Positions 40,013 through 49,123 of a stretch of 56,785 bases of DNA are shown here, in pieces. The first letter of the stretch is position 1. Each line of letters begins with the position of its first letter. The stretch covers positions 1-56,785 of the forward strand of contig DASRHD010000047.1 in NCBI GenBank assembly GCA_035650695.1. The letters are read 5' to 3'. The position numbers were made by a program, and so were the translations under genes. The notes under the pieces were generated by a model. It was not told where the DNA came from, did not search any database, and worked only from the letters and a program-made list of their open reading frames with translations. The DNA is from Opitutaceae bacterium. Lineage in GTDB: Bacteria; Verrucomicrobiota; Verrucomicrobiia; Opitutales; Opitutaceae.

Positions 40013-42451
40013 TTATTCGGCGCGAAGGGCTTCGACCGGATCGACGCGCGTGGCGCGGCGCGCGGGGATCCAGCAGGCGAGCAGGGCCACGGCGGCTATC
40101 ACCACCGGGACGGCGATGAATGAGAGCGGGTCGCGCGCGCTGGTTTCGAACAGCATCGCCTCGATCAGCCAGCTGGCAGCGAATGCGATGCCGAGCCCAA
40201 CGAGGAGACCGGCGCCAACGAGCCGCACGCCCTGGCTCAGGACCATGCGCAGCACGTCGCTGCCTTGGGCCCCCAACGCCATGCGGATACCGATTTCGCT
40301 CGTGCGCCGGGCCACATTGTAGGCGACCACGGCGTAGATTCCTACGACGGCGATGAGCAGCGCCAACCCGGAAAATAGCGTGAGCAATTGCGCCGTGAAT
40401 CGGCGTTGCGCGAGCAGGTTGTCCAGTTGCGCTTGCAGCGGAGCGACGTCGACGATTACGAGTCCAGGCTCTACTTTGCGGGCCTGCGCCTGTATGGCCG
40501 CGAACAGTGCGGCGAGATCCCCTTGTCCGCGTACGATGACTTTGTGTTTGGTGCCGGTGGTGGCGAAGGGGAAATAAATCTGGTCGGCAATCGCGCTTTC
40601 GGGACCGCTCTGGCGCACGTCTCCCACGACGCCGATAATCTCCTGTGTCGGCGCGTTGGCCCGAGAAGAGACGACGAGCCGTTTGCCTACGGGATTTTCG
40701 TTGGGGAAACAGTGACGGGCGAGCGTGGCGTTGACGATGACGACGCCCGGCATCCCGGTTATTCTCGAATCCGACGGGACAAAGGTGCGTCCCTGGAGCA
40801 GTGGCACTCCCACGGCCGAAAAATATTCGGGTGACGCGCCGAGTATCATGGCGCGGGCGCGTTCGCTTTCCGGCTTCGGCCGGCCTTCCACACTGTAGGG
40901 TTGACTTGCCGGATAGGGGCTGATGGCGAACACGTTCCCGGTGCCGACCGCCTGCACGTTGGGCAGCTCATGCAGGCGTTCGATGAGACGCTGCCCAAAC
41001 GCGACGCAGGCTTCCGGAGTTGTGTACTGCTTGGGCGGGATCATGTAGTTGAACGCAATCGCCTGGCTCGGCTCGAAACCCGGATCGATCGCCGTGGCCG
41101 CCAGAAAACTGCGCAGAAAAACACCGGCGCCGATCAGCAGCACCACGGCCAGGGCCGTCTCGGCCACGACGAAGATGCCCCGCCAACGTCCGACGCCTCG
41201 GCCTTCCGTCGAGCCGCGACTACTTTCTTTCATTGCCGCCACGAGATTGATTCGTGAACCCAACAGCGCCGGGGCGGCACCGCAGAGCAACCCAGCGATG
41301 AGGGTGGCCGCAAAGGCGAAACCGAGCACCGGCCAGTCGAGTTGTACCTGCGGCAGGCGGTACAGCCCCGTGCCCACCTCGCCGATTTGCTGCACCTTGG
41401 CCACGCCGGAGGCGCGCACGAGATTGATCGCTCCCGCCGAAATGGCGAGGCCGAGAATGCCGCCGAACGATGCCAGCACGAGGCTCTCTATCATGAAAAG
41501 CCGTACGAGCCGACCACGGCCCGCGCCGAGCGCGGCGCGCAACGCGACCTCATGCTGCCGAGCGGTGGCGCGCGCCAACAAGAGATTGGCGATATTCGCA
41601 CAGGCAATGAGGAGCACGCATCCCACCGCCCCAAGCAGCGACCAAAGCATCGGTCCCGATTTGGAGGAGATGAACTTGGCCTTGTTGAGAACCACATAGC
41701 CAAAATTGGCATTGTGCGACTGCTCGGGCGTGACAGCGGCCGCCAATCGATTGATTTCTGCCTGCGCCGCCGCCATCGGCACGCCGGGTTTGAGCCGCGC
41801 CTCGGCGCCAATCAACAGCGGCCGATTGGGGTCCTGCGTGGCCGCGGGAACCAGCGGTGTCCAAGCGTCGATCTGGCTTGCCGAAAACGTGTCGGCGTCC
41901 GCCGTCGCCGGCAGCACCCCGATGATCGTGTACGGCTCGTCGTTGATTTGAAGAGTCTGACCGATCGGATCGGAGCCGTCGGGGAAGGCTTTCCGCCAGA
42001 GGCGCTCCTTGATCAAGGCGACCCGGTTCCGTCCGGCGGTGAATTCTTCCGGCAGGAATCCGCGACCACGGATCGGCTTGATTCCGCTTACGTCGAGCAG
42101 TTGCCCCCGCACTTCTTGGATTCCGATGCGAAACGCCTCACCCCCCGTCGAACTCATCGCAAAAGATCCGGCCACCCCGCACAACGCTTCGAACGAGGTG
42201 GCATGAGCCATCCATGCGTCGAAATGCCGGCCATCCGAAAAAACTGAACCAACCCCGGCATATCCCTTGGGCCGGATGAGCACCACGCGGTCGGAATGAA
42301 CTCCGTTCAATGGATGCAAAACGATCGTGTTGACGATCGAGAACACGACAGTGCACGCGCCGATCGCCAAGGCCGTCGCGAGAACAATGATGATCGCATG
42401 CGAAGGCGACTTCGCGAGCTGGCGGAAGGCGTATTTGAGGTCGGAGAGCAT
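40013..42451 (-). CDS. ADOP-type duplicated FtsX/MacB-like ABC permease (ADOP-2)
   Basis: 812 aa. MLSDLKYAFRQLAKSPSHAIIIVL, two FtsX blocks, C-terminus RVDPVEALRAE. Close paralog of ADOP-4. Confidence 0.9.
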   Translation of the reverse strand: MLSDLKYAFRQLAKSPSHAIIIVLATALAIGACTVVFSIVNTIVLHPLNGVHSDRVVLIRPKGYAGVGSVFSDGRHFDAWMAHATSFEALCGVAGSFAMSSTGGEAFRIGIQEVRGQLLDVSGIKPIRGRGFLPEEFTAGRNRVALIKERLWRKAFPDGSDPIGQTLQINDEPYTIIGVLPATADADTFSASQIDAWTPLVPAATQDPNRPLLIGAEARLKPGVPMAAAQAEINRLAAAVTPEQSHNANFGYVVLNKAKFISSKSGPMLWSLLGAVGCVLLIACANIANLLLARATARQHEVALRAALGAGRGRLVRLFMIESLVLASFGGILGLAISAGAINLVRASGVAKVQQIGEVGTGLYRLPQVQLDWPVLGFAFAATLIAGLLCGAAPALLGSRINLVAAMKESSRGSTEGRGVGRWRGIFVVAETALAVVLLIGAGVFLRSFLAATAIDPGFEPSQAIAFNYMIPPKQYTTPEACVAFGQRLIERLHELPNVQAVGTGNVFAISPYPASQPYSVEGRPKPESERARAMILGASPEYFSAVGVPLLQGRTFVPSDSRITGMPGVVIVNATLARHCFPNENPVGKRLVVSSRANAPTQEIIGVVGDVRQSGPESAIADQIYFPFATTGTKHKVIVRGQGDLAALFAAIQAQARKVEPGLVIVDVAPLQAQLDNLLAQRRFTAQLLTLFSGLALLIAVVGIYAVVAYNVARRTSEIGIRMALGAQGSDVLRMVLSQGVRLVGAGLLVGLGIAFAASWLIEAMLFETSARDPLSFIAVPVVIAAVALLACWIPARRATRVDPVEALRAE

Positions 42452-42461
42452 GGGAAAAAAC

Positions 42462-44867
42462 CTATTCGGCGCGGAGGGCTTCGATCGGGTTCACGCGTGC
42501 GGCGCGCCGGGCCGGGATCCAGCAGGCAAACAAGGCGATGGCAGCAAGGAGCGCCGGGACCGCCGCAAACGTGACGGCGTCGTAAGGTGGTACTTCAAAG
42601 AGCATTTTGCGGATGGTGAAGGCCGTGAACACGCTGGCACCCAGGCCGACGGCGAGGCCGGTCGCGATCGGGATCGCGCCTTGGCGCAGGATCAGGCGCG
42701 TCACTCCGCGAGCCTGAGCTCCGAGAGCCATCCGCACTCCGATTTCCCGGGTGCGCTGCGCGACCGAATAGGAGACCACGGCGTAGATTCCGATTGAGGC
42801 CAGAAGCAGGGCGAGGCCGGCAAAGGCGCCGATCAGGATGAGAGGAAACCGGCGGCCCAGGGCCGGTTTCGCCACCACGTCGTCCATTGTTGTGACGTTT
42901 GAGACAGGTACGGAAGGGTCGATCTGCTGCAGCACGTGCTTGGCGACGGCGACACAGGCAACGGGAGCAAGCGTCGTCCGGATGGTGATGAAAGCACTGG
43001 CAAACAATCTCTGGGACAGAGGGAAATAGAGGTCCATGCCAGGTCCGGCCTCGGGACCATTGCTTTTCACGTCGTTGACGATTCCGACGATTTCCGCTCC
43101 GTCGATGTGCTTGCCGATGGCCTGGCCGTCGGAAAAAAATTTGCGTGCGAGCGCCGAATCAACAATCACGACCGGCGGACCGTGTTCATTATCCTGGGCG
43201 GTGAAGTATCTTCCCTGGATCAACCTGATTCCGACCGTGCGGAAATAGTCGGGACTGACCCCGTGGCGGTTGGCGACCGGCGTTTCCGCGCGACTGCGGA
43301 AGACATGGCCTTCGGGAACAAACGGTCCACTCCAGTAAGCGTTGCCGATAAGGTCCGAACTCAGGCCGACCGATTCGAAACCGGGCTCAGCGCCAAGCTC
43401 GGCTTGAAGCCGGGTATAAACCGAGCGGAGGGACTCTTCCTCGCCAAACCGCGGATTGTAGAATCCGACGCGCATGGAAATCACACGGGCCGACTCAAAA
43501 CCCCAGGATGCGGCCTGCAGGCGATGGAAGCTTCGGAGCAACAGTCCGGCGGCGACAAGCAGAACGAGGGAGACGGAAACTTCGATCGCGACAAGCGTTG
43601 AGCGCAAGCGGCGTCGTTGCACGCCGGTCGTTCCGCCCCGGCTGGCACCGGCCAGGGCCCGGTTGGGATCGGACGAGGAGATTTCCAGGGCGGGGGCAAG
43701 GCCGAAGGCGATTCCGGTCAGGAGCGACAGGCCCAGGGCGAAGGCGAGCACTTCCCCGTCGACGCGTACCGCCGCCAGACGGGGAATGCTGGTGGGCGCG
43801 AGGGCGAGCAGCAGCCTCGTTCCGCCGAGACCGATCAAGACTCCGAGGACGCCGCCGAACAGGGCCAGCAGCAGGCTTTCCGTCAGCGCGTGGCACGCCA
43901 CGGCCCAACGGCTGGCGCCCAAAGCCATCCGTATGCCCATTTCCCGCTGCTGCGCCGTGGCCCGGACGAGGAGAAGATTGGCAATGTTGAGGCAGGCGAT
44001 GAGGAGGACGAGGCCGACACAGCCAAATAATGTGCCGAGAATCGGCCGAATCTGACCGACCGTCTGGTGGCGCATGGTTACGAGGTACACCGGCCGGTTC
44101 ATCTGGTTGGGATTGGGCAAGGCGCGCACCAATGCCGCCAGCTCTGCTTGCGCGCGGTCGACCGACACGCCGGGTCGCAGACGAGCCACAATTGTTCGTA
44201 GATAGTTGCCCCGGCCGTTGGCGTCGAAAGCCGCGGCCCCGACGTAGCTCTCCGGCACCTGCCCCGCGGGGCTGACATAGATTCCGGCTTCGTTCGGAAA
44301 CCGATAGTCGGGTGGCATGACCCCCATGACGACGAAGTCCACGCCGTTGATCGCGAAATGCCGGCCGATCGCGTCGTTGCCGCCGCCAAACTTGCTCCGC
44401 CAGTAGTCGTAGCTCAACACGGCAAGGCGCCCGGAGCCAAGCCGGACGTCTTCCGGCGTGAATACACGGCCGACGAACGCCCTGGCGCCAAGCACGGCAA
44501 AAAAATTGTCGCTGACCACCGCGCAGCCAACCACGTCCGGAGATCCGACGCCGGTAACCGCGCTGCCAAAAGCCGTGTAGGTCGCGGCATCGGCCAGGCT
44601 CTGTGAATGTTTGCGGATGTCGAGATAGTCGGCGGCAAAAAGACCGACTCCGTTGACCCGGATCGAGCCGCTTCCTGCCGGAGCCTGTTGGAAGATCACC
44701 AGGCGATCCGGATCGTCGAAGGGAAGCGGCCGGAGCAGAACGCCGTAAAAGAAGCTGAAGATGGCCGTGTTCGGCCCGATCCCCAAGGCAAGCGTGAGCA
44801 CGGCGACCGCAGTAAATCCCGGACTCCTGGCGAGTCGGCGGAAGGCGTATTTGAGGTCGGAGAGCAT
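42462..44867 (-). CDS. ADOP-type duplicated FtsX/MacB-like ABC permease (ADOP-3)
   Basis: 801 aa. MLSDLKYAFRRLARSPGFT, two FtsX blocks, C-terminus [11 protein letters not shown]. 10-nt gap to ADOP-2. Confidence 0.9.
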   Translation of the reverse strand: MLSDLKYAFRRLARSPGFTAVAVLTLALGIGPNTAIFSFFYGVLLRPLPFDDPDRLVIFQQAPAGSGSIRVNGVGLFAADYLDIRKHSQSLADAATYTAFGSAVTGVGSPDVVGCAVVSDNFFAVLGARAFVGRVFTPEDVRLGSGRLAVLSYDYWRSKFGGGNDAIGRHFAINGVDFVVMGVMPPDYRFPNEAGIYVSPAGQVPESYVGAAAFDANGRGNYLRTIVARLRPGVSVDRAQAELAALVRALPNPNQMNRPVYLVTMRHQTVGQIRPILGTLFGCVGLVLLIACLNIANLLLVRATAQQREMGIRMALGASRWAVACHALTESLLLALFGGVLGVLIGLGGTRLLLALAPTSIPRLAAVRVDGEVLAFALGLSLLTGIAFGLAPALEISSSDPNRALAGASRGGTTGVQRRRLRSTLVAIEVSVSLVLLVAAGLLLRSFHRLQAASWGFESARVISMRVGFYNPRFGEEESLRSVYTRLQAELGAEPGFESVGLSSDLIGNAYWSGPFVPEGHVFRSRAETPVANRHGVSPDYFRTVGIRLIQGRYFTAQDNEHGPPVVIVDSALARKFFSDGQAIGKHIDGAEIVGIVNDVKSNGPEAGPGMDLYFPLSQRLFASAFITIRTTLAPVACVAVAKHVLQQIDPSVPVSNVTTMDDVVAKPALGRRFPLILIGAFAGLALLLASIGIYAVVSYSVAQRTREIGVRMALGAQARGVTRLILRQGAIPIATGLAVGLGASVFTAFTIRKMLFEVPPYDAVTFAAVPALLAAIALFACWIPARRAARVNPIEALRAE

Positions 44868-44929
44868 GGGAAAAGTTGAGTGTCAGATGCCAGACGGTGA
44901 GGTGGATTCGGTGGTTTGAACTTCAATCG
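44868..44929 (-). repeat. conserved ADOP intercistronic element, copy B (62 nt; 48-nt core 44882-44929)
   Basis: Core GTCAGATGCCAGACGGTGAGGTGGATTCGGTGGTTTGAACTTCAATCG differs from copies A and C at 2 positions each. This copy lacks the long purine-rich middle part. Confidence 0.85.
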
Positions 44930-47362
44930 TTATTCGGCGCGGAGGGCGTCGATCGGGTTCACATGTGCGGCGCGCCGGGCCGGGATCCAGCTGGCAAGCA
45001 GGGCCACGGTGGTGAGCACGGCCGCGACGATGGTGAACGCCAAAGGATCGCGCGCGCTGGTTTCGAAAAGCATCGCTTCGATCAGCCGGCCGGCGGCCAG
45101 CGCGATACCGAGTCCAAGCACGAGTCCCGCTCCCGCCAGGCGGGCGCCTTGGCGCAGGATCATGCGCAGCACATCGCGGGACTGCGCTCCCAACGCCATG
45201 CGGATGCCGATTTCGCTCGTGCGCTGCGCCACGTTGTACGCCACGACGGCGTAGATGCCGACGGTGGCGATTACCAACGCGAGCACGGAAAAGATCGTGA
45301 GCAGTTGCACCGTGAATCGCCGTTGCGAGAGCAAGTTGTCCAGCTGGGCCTGCAATGGGGCGGAATCAACCATCACGATGCCCGGCTCCAGCTTCCGCAG
45401 CTGCGATTGCACGGTTGCCAGCAATGCGGCGGGATCGCCTTCGCCACGGATAATCACTTTCTGTTTCGAGCCGGTAAAATCGAGCGCGTAGTAAATTTGA
45501 TCCGTAATCCCCTTTTCCGGGCCGTTCTGCCGGATGTCGCCGACGACGCCGACGATTTCCACCGTGATCGATCCTCGTCGCCCGTAGAGCGCCAAGCGCC
45601 GGCCAACGGCGTTTCCGTTGGGAAAATGGTGGCGGGCAAGCGCCGCATTGACCACGACCGCAGTCGGCAACGCATTTATTTTGACATCCGAGGCCGCGAA
45701 CGCGCGCCCCTGCAGCAGGGGAACCCCGACTGCCGCGAAATACTCCGGCGAGGCTCCCATGACCGCGGCGTTGGCCCGTTCGCTTTCCGGCTTCGGGTCG
45801 CCGTCGATATCAAATGGTTGCGTCGCCGGGTAATGGCTGATGGCCAGGGTGTCGCCCGTCGCCACCGCCTGCACACCCGGTAGTTCGTGCAGCCGCTCGA
45901 CGAGCCGTTGTCCAAATGCGACACAGGCCCCGGTCTGCGCGTACTGCCGCGGCGGCAGCATGTAGCTGAACGTAACGGCATGGCTTGGTTCGAATCCCGG
46001 ATCCACGGCCGTCGCCGCGAGAAAACTGCGCATGAAAACACTGGCGCCGACCAGCAGCACGGCAGCCAGCGCGATTTCCGCGATGACAAAGGCACTTTGC
46101 CAGCGCCCAATGCCTCGACCTTCCGTCGAGCCGCGGCCGCTTTCCTTCATCGCCGCCGTGAGGTTGATCCGCGAGCCGAGAAACGCCGGGGCAATGCCGA
46201 AGAGCAGGCCGGCGCCCAGCGTCACGACCACGGCGAAGCCCAGTACCTGCCAGTCGAGCTGCACGTAAGGCAGACGATATAAACCCGAGCCCGCCTCCCC
46301 GATCTCCTGCACCTTGGAAATCCCGGAGGCGCGCACGAAATCGATCGCCCCAATCGAGAGAAGGACGCCCAGAAGACCTCCGGCCAACGCTAGCACAAGG
46401 CTCTCGGTGATGAAGAGCCGCATGATCCGACCGCGCCCCGCGCCGAGCGCCGTGCGCAATGCGATCTCATGCTGCCGGGCGGTGGCGCGCGCCAGCAAGA
46501 GATTGGCGACGTTGGCACAGGCGATGAGCAGCACGCAGCCCACCGCGCCAAAAAGCGACCAAAGCATCGGACCCGCTTTTGCGGAAATGAACGCGCCCTT
46601 GTTGAACAAGGTATACCCGAAATTCGCCCGGCGTGAGTCGCCCGGCGTGGCGGCGGCCGCCAGGCGATTGAGCTCCGCCTCGGCCACGGCCATCGGCACT
46701 GCGGGCTTGAGCCTCCCCTCGGAAACGACGGAAAATCGCGACTGCTGCGGGTTCTGCAGGGTGAGCGGCACCCAGACGTCGATCTGACTGGCGGTAAAGG
46801 TGTCGGCGTCCGTCAGCGACGGCAGCACGCCGATGATCGTGTACGGCTCCTCGTTGATCTGGAGAATGTGGCCGACGGGATCGGCGACATGGGGCAACGC
46901 CCGCCGCCAGACACGCTCTTTGATCAGCACCACCTTGTTGCCGCCCTCCGCGAATTCCCCCGGCAGGAAACCGCGCCCCCGCGCCGGCTTGACTCCGAGT
47001 ACGCCGAGAAAATCACCCCGCACCGCCCGCATTCCGATGCGAAACGATCCGGCGTCCGTCGTGCACATGGCGAAGGAGCCGGAGAAGCCGCAAATCGCAT
47101 CGAATGAAGTCGCGTGGGCCGCCCACTCATCGAAATGCCGGCCATCCGTCGAAAAAAAACCCACGCCGGCATATCCCTTCGGGCGGATGAGGATCTGGCG
47201 GTCGGCATTCGGGCCTTCCAGGGGGTGCAGGACAATGGTGTTGACGATGGAAAATACGACGGTGCACGCCGCAATCGCCAGGGCCGTGGTGAGGACGATG
47301 ATGATCGCATGCGACGGCGATTTTGCCAGCTGACGGAAAGCGTATTTCAGGTCGGAGAGCAT
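44930..47362 (-). CDS. ADOP-type duplicated FtsX/MacB-like ABC permease (ADOP-4)
   Basis: 810 aa. MLSDLKYAFRQLAKSPSHAIIIVL, two FtsX blocks, C-terminus HVNPIDALRAE. Confidence 0.9.
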   Translation of the reverse strand: MLSDLKYAFRQLAKSPSHAIIIVLTTALAIAACTVVFSIVNTIVLHPLEGPNADRQILIRPKGYAGVGFFSTDGRHFDEWAAHATSFDAICGFSGSFAMCTTDAGSFRIGMRAVRGDFLGVLGVKPARGRGFLPGEFAEGGNKVVLIKERVWRRALPHVADPVGHILQINEEPYTIIGVLPSLTDADTFTASQIDVWVPLTLQNPQQSRFSVVSEGRLKPAVPMAVAEAELNRLAAAATPGDSRRANFGYTLFNKGAFISAKAGPMLWSLFGAVGCVLLIACANVANLLLARATARQHEIALRTALGAGRGRIMRLFITESLVLALAGGLLGVLLSIGAIDFVRASGISKVQEIGEAGSGLYRLPYVQLDWQVLGFAVVVTLGAGLLFGIAPAFLGSRINLTAAMKESGRGSTEGRGIGRWQSAFVIAEIALAAVLLVGASVFMRSFLAATAVDPGFEPSHAVTFSYMLPPRQYAQTGACVAFGQRLVERLHELPGVQAVATGDTLAISHYPATQPFDIDGDPKPESERANAAVMGASPEYFAAVGVPLLQGRAFAASDVKINALPTAVVVNAALARHHFPNGNAVGRRLALYGRRGSITVEIVGVVGDIRQNGPEKGITDQIYYALDFTGSKQKVIIRGEGDPAALLATVQSQLRKLEPGIVMVDSAPLQAQLDNLLSQRRFTVQLLTIFSVLALVIATVGIYAVVAYNVAQRTSEIGIRMALGAQSRDVLRMILRQGARLAGAGLVLGLGIALAAGRLIEAMLFETSARDPLAFTIVAAVLTTVALLASWIPARRAAHVNPIDALRAE

Positions 47363-47377
47363 GGAAAATGGGCCGGC

Positions 47378-47430
47378 TTATTCTGCGTGGCGGACTTCGA
47401 TCGGGCCGAAGCGCATGGGACGGCGTCTTC
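47378..47430 (-). pseudogene. relic of the 3' end of a further ADOP gene
   Basis: TTATTCTGCGTGGCGGACTTCGATCGGG matches 23 of the first 27 nt of the genuine ADOP 3' end TATTCGGCGCGGAGGGCTTCGATCGGG. It translates to ...PMRFGPIEVRHAE-stop, compared with ...[12 protein letters not shown]-stop. It lies 15 nt upstream of the ADOP-4 ATG, and similarity decays after about 30-50 nt. Confidence 0.45.
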
Positions 47431-47481
47431 GGCCATCGAAGCTGTGGCGGGGAGAGAAGGCGCGAGGCTGGTGAAAGAATT

Positions 47482-48189
47482 TCATTGGCTCACAAGGGAC
47501 GGTCGTGCCTCCGGCACCTTGGCTCCTTTCACGAGCAACCAGAGAATCATCGCCAATTCGCCGGCGGCGTAAAACGGCATCGCGAACTGGGAGACCACCG
47601 ATCGGCTGGCGGGCAGGACGATGGCGGTGAAACTCAACGCGACATAAGTGACGCCACCGACAATCAACAGAAGGCCGAGCCACTTGGGGAAGAACCCGGA
47701 TTTGATGACGAGCCGCCCGAAGGGGAAGAGCCACAGGCCCCAAAAGATCATCGCGATGGGAATTCCCTGGCGATATAATCTCAGGAAGCCCATGGCCAGG
47801 GCGTTCAGTTGCGGCGGCGTGAAAGCCGCAGCGTATTCAGGGCCCCTCAGGAAGATGAGCGGCGCGATTTGATTGACGAGATTGACAATGCCGATGGCGG
47901 CGGCGACGGCCACCAACACCACTAACAGCCCCGCCTGCTTTCGGTCCACGTCCCGGAACAGTTCATAGAGGGTCAGGGCCAGGTAGAGAAAAACGATGCG
48001 GGCAACGAGTCCGCTGAAAATGCCGAGGCGGAAGGTCAGTTCGCCCGCCATGATGGCATGCGCCGTGGCGGCCGGATCCCCGGTGACGAGGAAGGCGCGG
48101 GGAATATAGATTTCGTTGAACGGTGCCGTGATCGCGAGCAGGAGGTAGAGGAATCCTGCCCGCCGGGCGGTTGTCTGGATTGAGTTCAT
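47482..48189 (-). CDS. DUF4386-family integral membrane protein
   Basis: 235 aa with about 6 TM helices. N-terminal pattern RRAGFLYLLLAITAPF...VTGDPAATAHAIMAGELTFRLGI is typical of DUF4386. Confidence 0.7.
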   Translation of the reverse strand: MNSIQTTARRAGFLYLLLAITAPFNEIYIPRAFLVTGDPAATAHAIMAGELTFRLGIFSGLVARIVFLYLALTLYELFRDVDRKQAGLLVVLVAVAAAIGIVNLVNQIAPLIFLRGPEYAAAFTPPQLNALAMGFLRLYRQGIPIAMIFWGLWLFPFGRLVIKSGFFPKWLGLLLIVGGVTYVALSFTAIVLPASRSVVSQFAMPFYAAGELAMILWLLVKGAKVPEARPSLVSQ

Positions 48190-48228
48190 GGGGGTCTCCT
48201 GCAGTATGGATTGCGGCTGGCTACGACT

Positions 48229-49095
48229 TCATTTCGCATCGAGCTTCTTGAGCGCGTCGCTGGCTTGTTGGTAGCCCGGGTTGATGGCGAGGGCGGCTTC
48301 GTAGGCGGCGCGGGCGGCTTTCTTGTCGCCCTGTTTATCCCGGAGGTTGCCCAGGCGCCAGTGGACGGCATCGTATCCCGGCGCGCCCGGAGGCGGCGAG
48401 AGCGTGAGGCACTTTTGGAGCGCCTCGACGCCGTGGTCCATGCGTTCACCCGTCATACCGGCAAGCCGGCCGAATTGGTAGAGCGCGAGGTAGTTTTCGG
48501 GCGCGGCCTTGAGTGCTTCTTCCAGCTCGGTGAACGCTTCCGCATATTTTTTCTCGCCAATGTAGAGCATGGCGTAGGCGGTGCGGCCCTGGCTGGCGTC
48601 GATCTTCTTGATCTCCCCGGCTTGGGCGTAGGCTTTTTCGGCACTTCCGCCGATGATGCCGGGCGCCTGTTGGTAGAACATCATCAGGCTGCTGCGGGCG
48701 TTGAGGTTTTGCGGGTCGAGTTCGACGGCCTTCTCGTAGGCGAGGCGGCATTTTTTCGCCCAGCTCATCTTGGTTATAATCCCGGCCTTTTGCGCGGTGA
48801 AACCGTAGGCCTCGCCGAGCTGGCGGCGATATTCGCTGTTCTGAGGGGCAAGCTCCACCGCCTTCTCGCAGGCCGTGACGGCGGCGTTGGGATCGCCCTT
48901 GGCCAGGCTGATGCTGCCAAGCAGGGCATAGCCTTCGGCCTCGTTCGGGTCCGCGGCGATCACGGCGCGCGTGGCGGACTCGGCTTCGGCGACTTTGTGG
49001 TCTCGAAGCAGCCCACGGATGGTTTCGATTTTTTCGGGGGAAACCGCCGCCTTGGCGACGGCGGCGATGAAGAGGAGGAGGAGGAGAGAGCGCAT
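48229..49095 (-). CDS. secreted tetratricopeptide-repeat protein
   Basis: Signal peptide MRSLLLLLFIAAVAKAA. Several 34-aa TPR units (e.g. AEGYALLGSISLAKGDPNAAVTACEKAVELAPQN; AARAAYEAALAINPGY). Confidence 0.8.
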   Translation of the reverse strand: MRSLLLLLFIAAVAKAAVSPEKIETIRGLLRDHKVAEAESATRAVIAADPNEAEGYALLGSISLAKGDPNAAVTACEKAVELAPQNSEYRRQLGEAYGFTAQKAGIITKMSWAKKCRLAYEKAVELDPQNLNARSSLMMFYQQAPGIIGGSAEKAYAQAGEIKKIDASQGRTAYAMLYIGEKKYAEAFTELEEALKAAPENYLALYQFGRLAGMTGERMDHGVEALQKCLTLSPPPGAPGYDAVHWRLGNLRDKQGDKKAARAAYEAALAINPGYQQASDALKKLDAK

Positions 49096-49123
49096 GGGTA
49101 AACAGGATTGGAAAACGAGGCGA

